This document shows, piece after piece, positions 47,388 to 54,337 of a stretch of 54,337 nucleotides of DNA; within the stretch, counting starts at the first letter, position 1; the number at the start of each line of letters is the position of its first letter. Source of the stretch: Gemmatimonadota bacterium (GTDB lineage Bacteria > Gemmatimonadota > Gemmatimonadetes > Palauibacterales > Palauibacteraceae); the NCBI GenBank assembly GCA_046758745.1, contig JBHIAV010000015.1, positions 1-54,337 of the forward strand, given 5' to 3'. Made by a program: the position numbers and the translations under genes. Under the pieces are notes generated by a model. The model had not been told where the DNA came from and searched no databases. It saw only the letters and a program-made list of their open reading frames with translations.

Positions 47388-48914
47388 TCAGCCGGGCCCG
47401 CCAGCGGTCTCTCGCGCCGCGCCCGCCGGCCAGGAACGGTAAGGTGCCGCCTCATCCGCCGGTCCATGCCATTCGTGCCCCTCCCGCGCCAACAGCTCGT
47501 CCGCCTCCGGCGGGCCCCAGCTCCCGGCCGGGTAGGTGTGGACCGGCAGTTCGCCCTCGAGCAGGGGCTCGTACAGGCGCCACGAAGCCTCGTTCTCCTC
47601 TGCGTGGACGAACAGCGTCTGGTCTCCCGTCATCACGTCCAGCAGCAGGGTCTGGTAGGCATCGGGGATGTCGCCGAACGCCTCCCGGTAGTGGAAGTGG
47701 AGGGGAAGTCGGCGGAGCTCGAGCGGCTCGGATGGAACCTTGACGTCGAAGAAGAGCGCGAACCCCTCGTCCGGCTGCAGGGTGAGCACGAGGACGTTGG
47801 GCCGGGTCGTGCAGCCGCCCAGCGTCTCGAAGAGGCACACCGGAGGCCGGCGGAACGACACCGCGATCTGTGTGAGCCGCCGTTTCATCCGCTTGCCGGT
47901 CCGGAGGTAGAACGGCACCCCCTGCCACCGCCAGCTGTCGATGCGCAGGCGGAGCGACGCGAAGGTCTCGGTGCGCGAGTCGGACACCACGCCGGGCTCC
48001 TGGCGGTAGCCGGCCACCTTTCGCCCGTCGATCATCCCGGCCACGTACTGGCCGAGGACCACGTCCTCGGACCGGATGGGCTGTATGGCGCGCAGCAGCT
48101 TCACCTTTTCGTAGCGGACGTCCTCGGCCTCGAAGGACGCGGGGACTTCCATGCCGATGAGGGATACGAGCTGGCTGACGTGGTTCTGCACCATGTCGCG
48201 GAGCGCTCCCGCCCGATCGTAATAGCCGGCGCGTCCCTCCACTCCCAGGTGCTCGGCGACGGTGAGCTGGACGCTCTCCACCCTGTCGCGGTTCCACAGC
48301 GACTCGAACATCGCGTTCGCAAAACGAAAGACGAGGAGGTTCTGGACCGTCTCCTTGCCCAGGTAATGGTCGATCCGGTAGAGCTGGGTCTCCTGGAAGT
48401 GCCGGTGCGCGATCTCGTTGAGCTCCCGTGCCGACGCGAGATCCCGGCCGAAGGGCTTCTCGACGACCAGGCGGGTCCACCCGGCCGAGCGGTTGAGCCC
48501 CGACGCGCCGAGCCCGCAGATGGCCCCCGGAAAGGCGGACGGCGGGAGGGCCAGATAGAAGATACGGTTGCCGGGGAGATCGTGAGCGCTCTCGATCTCC
48601 CGGACTCGGTCGGCGAGCGCCCCGTAGGCGGCCGGATCGCCGTCGGGAAGCGGCTGGTAGTGCAGGCAGCCGTCGCACCAGCCCGCGATGTCCTCCTCCG
48701 TGAAGCCCGCCTGTATGAGCGACTGACGTGCCACCCGGCGGAACCCCGCATCGCCAAGGCTCGGGTCCCGCGCCACTCCCAGTATGGCGTGCCGGTCGGC
48801 GAGGAGCCCTTGGCGCCACAGGTGGCAAACCGCCGGCAGGAGCTTGCGGCGCATGAGGTCCCCGGTCGCGCCGAGGATGATGAAGAGATGAGGTTCGCCG
48901 CCGTGCCCGGTCAT
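47388..48914 (-). CDS. zwf: glucose-6-phosphate dehydrogenase
   Basis: GATGDL, EKPFG, RIDHYLGKE, RWQGVPFYLRTGK. Confidence 0.97.
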   Translation of the reverse strand: MTGHGGEPHLFIILGATGDLMRRKLLPAVCHLWRQGLLADRHAILGVARDPSLGDAGFRRVARQSLIQAGFTEEDIAGWCDGCLHYQPLPDGDPAAYGALADRVREIESAHDLPGNRIFYLALPPSAFPGAICGLGASGLNRSAGWTRLVVEKPFGRDLASARELNEIAHRHFQETQLYRIDHYLGKETVQNLLVFRFANAMFESLWNRDRVESVQLTVAEHLGVEGRAGYYDRAGALRDMVQNHVSQLVSLIGMEVPASFEAEDVRYEKVKLLRAIQPIRSEDVVLGQYVAGMIDGRKVAGYRQEPGVVSDSRTETFASLRLRIDSWRWQGVPFYLRTGKRMKRRLTQIAVSFRRPPVCLFETLGGCTTRPNVLVLTLQPDEGFALFFDVKVPSEPLELRRLPLHFHYREAFGDIPDAYQTLLLDVMTGDQTLFVHAEENEASWRLYEPLLEGELPVHTYPAGSWGPPEADELLAREGHEWHGPADEAAPYRSWPAGAARETAGGPG

Positions 48915-48915
48915 C

Positions 48916-49824
48916 TCAAGCTCCCCGCACGATCCCGTGCCCTCCGAACTGGCTCCGCAGGGCCGCGAGCAGGCGGTCCCCCCACGACTCCGCGTCCCGC
49001 GAGCGGAGTCGCTGGATCAGGGAAAGGGTGAGCACCGGCGCCGGCACATCCAGCTCGATCGCCTCGAAGACCGTCCACCGTCCCTCCCCGGAGTCCTGCA
49101 CATACGGGGCGACCGAGTCGAGGGTGGGGTCTTCCGCCAGAGCCCGGGCAACGAGATCGAGCAACCAGGACCGAACCACGCTTCCGAAACGCCAGATCTC
49201 CGCCACCTGGTGCAGATCGAGCTCGAACTCCCTCTTCTTGCGAAGGAGGGCGAAGCCCTCCGCGTACGCCTGCATAAGACCGTACTCGATTCCATTGTGG
49301 ACCATCTTCACGAAGTGTCCGGCTCCGCGCGGCCCGACGCGACCCCAACCGGCGCCCGGCTCCGGCGCCAGCGTCTCGAGCACCGGTCGGAGCCGCTCCA
49401 CGGCATCGGCCAGGCCCCCTACCATGAGGGAGTAGCCTTCCGTGAGACCCCACACGCCGCCGCTCGTCCCCACATCCACGAGCTGGACCCCCCGGGCTTC
49501 GAGCTCGGCGCCCCGCCGAACGGTCTCCCGGTAGTTGCTGTTCCCCCCATCCACAACGATGTCGCCCTCGGCCAGGAGAGGGACGAGCGCCGCGAGCGTC
49601 CGGTCGACCGGCTCCCCCGCCGGAACCATCAGCCATACGGTGCGGGGCGGTGTAAGGTGCCGCGCGAGCTCTCCGAGCGATCCGACGCCATCGGCGCCCA
49701 GCCCGGCGAGGCGGGCCACCGGGGCGGGTTTTCGATCGTACACCACTACGGAGTGCCCTCCCCTGAGGAGCCGCTCGCTCATGTTGGCACCCATTCTACC
49801 GAGCCCGACCATTCCGATTTGCAT
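48916..49824 (-). CDS. gnd: decarboxylating 6-phosphogluconate dehydrogenase (short form)
   Basis: GLGRMG, VDGGNS, GHFVKMVHNGIEYG, FGGH. Confidence 0.95.
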   Translation of the reverse strand: MQIGMVGLGRMGANMSERLLRGGHSVVVYDRKPAPVARLAGLGADGVGSLGELARHLTPPRTVWLMVPAGEPVDRTLAALVPLLAEGDIVVDGGNSNYRETVRRGAELEARGVQLVDVGTSGGVWGLTEGYSLMVGGLADAVERLRPVLETLAPEPGAGWGRVGPRGAGHFVKMVHNGIEYGLMQAYAEGFALLRKKREFELDLHQVAEIWRFGSVVRSWLLDLVARALAEDPTLDSVAPYVQDSGEGRWTVFEAIELDVPAPVLTLSLIQRLRSRDAESWGDRLLAALRSQFGGHGIVRGA

Positions 49825-50194
49825 GCGTCGCTCCCTGTTCTGTTCGCGCCCGGTGGGACTCACGCCACGTACAGCCCGAGCGCCCCGGGCCCTTCGCGGG
49901 CGTCGCGGAGGTGAACTGTATGGATCCCGATGGGGATTCACGGTTTCGAGACGCCGGAAGATCCGGTTCTCCGTGGGCCGCTCCCCGCTCACCATCACGG
50001 CGCCAACCCCTTGCCGCGACGGGCAGTCCGGCGGCCTGCACCCGGCGGCCGTCGGGACGCGACCCCGTGGCGGTACGAGTTCTCGTTGCTCCACCAGGAG
50101 ATCCCGCGCAACATTAGGGACCAGCAACCTCCGAGTTCAAGACGAGTCGGCTCGAGAGGCGGCCCTGACCGAGCATTCCGCCGAGCCCCTGGAC

Positions 50195-50896
50195 GTGGCC
50201 GAAAAAGCCCCGAGCCATGAACGGACGTCCGGGTCGGCGCTCGCCCGCGTGGAGCGACGGATCCTCCCGCGCATGGCCGCGTCGCTCCCGCGCTGGGTCG
50301 TCCCCGACCACCTCACCATCCTCGGGCTTCTCGCGTCGACCGGGGTCGCCGCCTCGTACATGCTCTCCAACCGGAGCCCGAGCTGGCTGTTGGCGGCGAG
50401 CGTCCTCCTGGTCGTGCAGTGGTACGGTGACAGCCTGGACGGCACCCTCGCACGGGTGAGACGCATCGAGCGTCCGCGCTACGGCTACTACCTCGACCAT
50501 CTCACGGACGCCTATTCCACCTTCGCCGTCGGCCTCGGCCTCGGTCTGTCACCCTACATGCTCCTCTCGGTGGGCCTCGCGATCGTGATCGGATACCTCG
50601 TCCTGTCGATCAACGTCTACCTGGAGACGTACGTCTTCGGCGAGTTTCGCCTCGGCCACGGACTACTCGGCCCCACCGAGACGCGCATCCTACTCATCGG
50701 TCTCAACACGCTGGCGCTCGTGGTGGGGCCCCTGCCGTTTCGGGTCCTCGGTGTCGAGGCAACCATCTTCGATGTCTTCGGTCTGCTCGGCTCCCTCGGT
50801 ATGGCGACCCTTCTCCTGCACCGCGCGTTCACGAACTTACGGGAGCTGGCGCGTGTCGAGCCGGCGAGGCGGTCGGCCACCGGCGAAGAGGAGTAA
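50195..50896 (+). CDS. CDP-alcohol phosphatidyltransferase family protein
   Basis: PDHLT; GDSLDGTLAR.....PRYGYYLDHLTD signature; GPTE.R; start approximate. Confidence 0.9.
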   Translation: MAEKAPSHERTSGSALARVERRILPRMAASLPRWVVPDHLTILGLLASTGVAASYMLSNRSPSWLLAASVLLVVQWYGDSLDGTLARVRRIERPRYGYYLDHLTDAYSTFAVGLGLGLSPYMLLSVGLAIVIGYLVLSINVYLETYVFGEFRLGHGLLGPTETRILLIGLNTLALVVGPLPFRVLGVEATIFDVFGLLGSLGMATLLLHRAFTNLRELARVEPARRSATGEEE

Positions 50897-51048
50897 GGCA
50901 CGCGGCGTGGCGGCGTGCAACCTTTTTCACGCTCCGCCTGTCTTGAGCGTTAGAAGGGTGGATGTGATGGCACGGGTGGCGGCGGGGAAAAAGGCTGCCA
51001 GTACCGCGAGTGCTGAGAACCGACGGGCTGATGACGGGAGGTGGGACG

Positions 51049-51576
51049 ATGCGGTGGAGGGGATCGGTCCTGCAGCGAGGGGCGCTGGCAGCCACTTTTT
51101 CAGCCTCGACGCTGGGATGCTCGGGGCTGTACACCGGCGGGGCGAGCGAGCCGAGGAGCCTCGCGCTCGACCGCCGGAGCGCGTACGTGTTCCCGGCTCC
51201 GGCGACGGGGGCCCGCCGCGCCGACGCGGACGTAGGGTGGACCCGCTGCTTCGGCGGGCCGGCTCCCGAGCCGATCGATGTGGCACCGCCGAGTCTCGGC
51301 GCCGACCTCCCGAGCCTGGAGGGATTCGCGCCGATCGCTCTGGATCCATCCGCCCTGCTGGCCGCAGCGGGAGACCGCCCCGCACCGGTCGAGGTCGCGC
51401 CCCCGAGCGTGGCCCTCGACAACCCTCTCCTCGATGAGGCGCGGCTCCGGCCCCCGTCCCTCGAGGAGCCTCCATTGAAGCCGCCCGGGATCACCGGCGC
51501 CGGCATGGACCTCCTGCCGCGTCTGGACATCGGCGCGCCGCCCGTCCGGGCGCCGAGGCCGCTGCCGATCGCCTAG
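51049..51576 (+). CDS. proline-rich putative lipoprotein
   Basis: GGAGGT SD; signal ending TLG-C; Pro-rich tail. Confidence 0.55.
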   Translation: MRWRGSVLQRGALAATFSASTLGCSGLYTGGASEPRSLALDRRSAYVFPAPATGARRADADVGWTRCFGGPAPEPIDVAPPSLGADLPSLEGFAPIALDPSALLAAAGDRPAPVEVAPPSVALDNPLLDEARLRPPSLEEPPLKPPGITGAGMDLLPRLDIGAPPVRAPRPLPIA

Positions 51577-51763
51577 CGGCTGTCCCGTTCGGATCGCGGG
51601 TCGGAGCTGACGCCTACCTGAGCTGACCATTCTCGAGAGGCGACCGGGCAGTGGCGCGCACATGCCCGCGGTAGGCGAGGCCCACCCAGCCGGCAGGCGA
51701 GTAGCGCGGGGAAGGAAGCCTGTCGTAGCCTCTCGCCTGTCCAGCGAATTGTGGGAAAGAGCA

Positions 51764-51825
51764 CGGGAGCCGAGGCCCGCCCCCTCCGGGAGCCGAGGCG
51801 CGCCCCCTCCGGCAGCCGAAGCCCG
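51764..51825. repeat. 23-bp tandem repeat, about 2.7 copies
   Basis: CGGGAGCCGAGGC(C/G)CGCCCCCTC at 51764 and 51787; partial copy at 51810. Confidence 0.85.
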
Positions 51826-51950
51826 GTCCATCGGGTAGCCAAAGGCCCGCCGCCCCGGCGCTTCCGGCCGCGCGCCCCACGCCGGGCAAACCGCTCCTGA
51901 TTCGGAGGAGCCCCTCAGGCGCCGAGCCGCCGGCCTGTGCGGATCTCCCC

Positions 51951-52006
51951 TTGACGTCGTCTGCCGAATCCATTACTATTCGACCGTCTGGTTATTTAAT
52001 AGGAGG
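51951..52006 (+). promoter_or_regulatory. near-consensus sigma70 promoter with AT-rich candidate operator and SD
   Basis: TTGACG-N17-TACTAT, then ACC-GTCT-GGT-centred AT-rich tract and AGGAGG. Confidence 0.8.
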
Positions 52007-52014
52007 TGCGGACG

Positions 52015-52414
52015 GTGCTCGAACAGATCGCGCCGGTCGTTTCGGAGCGACGAGCCGGCTTCGTTGCCAGGCGAAGGCACCTGTCGGCGCGGCTTCTCGA
52101 CCTCGATACGCTTGGTGAGTTCGACACGGCCCACATCCGCGGCGCCTGCAACGTGCCGATCGACCTCCTATCGGAGCAGCGCGGCGAGATCGGCGGCGGC
52201 GGCTCCCCTGTCGGGCTGGTGTGCCGGTCCCGGCTGGGAGCTACCTGGGCGTGCGGCTGGCGGTCTTCTTCCGCGGCGCCGTGCAGCTCGCCCTCTTCGC
52301 CGCGGCGATGCTGGCGGCCGCCGCCGTCACACTCCGTGACCGGGCGCCTCCATCGCCGGGCGGGGCGAGCCGTGATGAACGCCCCGGTTTGACCGACGGC
52401 CATCAGGGGGACGG

Positions 52415-52418
<4 letters not shown>
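52015..52418 (+). pseudogene. out-of-frame fusion of a rhodanese N-terminal fragment and a TauE/SafE-like transporter internal fragment
   Basis: GEFDTAHIRGACNVPID...LVCRS (rhodanese up to the active Cys), then in another frame AGSYLGVRLAVFFRGAVQLALFAAAMLAAA (TauE-like helix pair); junction near 52230. Confidence 0.65.
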
Positions 52419-53877
<1,459 letters not shown>

Positions 53878-53881
<4 letters not shown>

Positions 53882-54213
53882 GCGTCTACGCGCTCACGCC
53901 CGAGGTGCTGCACCTCGTCGCCGACCGTTTCAAGGCGCTGGCGGAGCCGGCGCGCCTCCACATCCTCGACGCCCTGCGCGGCGGGGAGCGATCCGTGTCC
54001 GATCTCGTCGAAGAGACGGGTCTCGGTCAAGCCAACGTCTCCAAGCACCTCCAGCTCCTGCACCGCCTGGGGTTCGTGGCCCGCCGAAAGGAGGGGCTCT
54101 ACGTGCTCTATTCTCTGGCCGACGAGAGCGTCTTCCAGCTTTGCGACATCATGTGCGGCCGGCTCGAAGCGGAGACCAGGGAGCGCGAGCGTCTCTTCAC
54201 TATAGAGCCCTGA
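53878..54213 (+). CDS. ArsR/SmtB family transcriptional regulator
   Basis: FKALAEPARLHIL, QANVSKHL, RRKEG..V.Y, C-terminal LCDIMC; ATGA overlap. Confidence 0.93.
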
Positions 54214-54337
54214 AACGGCCCGCCGCGCAGAGCGTGATCTTCCGGGGGCGACCGATCGGCGGGGCGCCCCCGGCCCTCCCGGGACGCCCGTGGGCCGGCT
54301 AGTAGGCTGGCCGCCTCAACGCCGGAGCTCGGTGCCG

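Noticed and set aside
46578-49824. gnd-zwf-pgl cluster as novel
   Set aside because: A common oxidative pentose phosphate operon.

Overview
GC-rich (roughly 70% by eye) bacterial chromosomal window. Gene content and protein style suggest Gemmatimonadota, which is an inference. It opens with the 3' end of a probable tRNA-Ala and a visibly lower-GC accessory stretch: a methyltransferase, a CxxC lipoprotein, a copper-monooxygenase-like secreted protein, an NTT-HEAT-cNMP fusion, a beta-barrel, a PAP2 enzyme and gene remnants. Next come msrPQ, an FGE-domain lipoprotein, a cobalamin riboswitch with a btuB-like receptor, two divergent adenosine deaminases, an ECF sigma/anti-sigma/DUF4097 operon, EamA, DUF4139, a hydrolase, RidA and cardiolipin synthase. 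The centrepiece is a minus-strand respiratory block: PAS histidine kinase, NarL-type regulator, Usp, clade II nosZ-B-D-F-Y, then a B-family (ba3-type) oxygen reductase and a CMD-family gene. The usp and nosZ promoters share a near-identical architecture. The rest holds a flavin disulfide reductase, thiolase, gnd-zwf-pgl, a CDP-alcohol phosphotransferase and a partly deleted persulfide-detoxification locus with an ArsR regulator. I saw no CRISPR array, transposase or integrase. Functions are assigned by motif recognition only, and several start codons are approximate.
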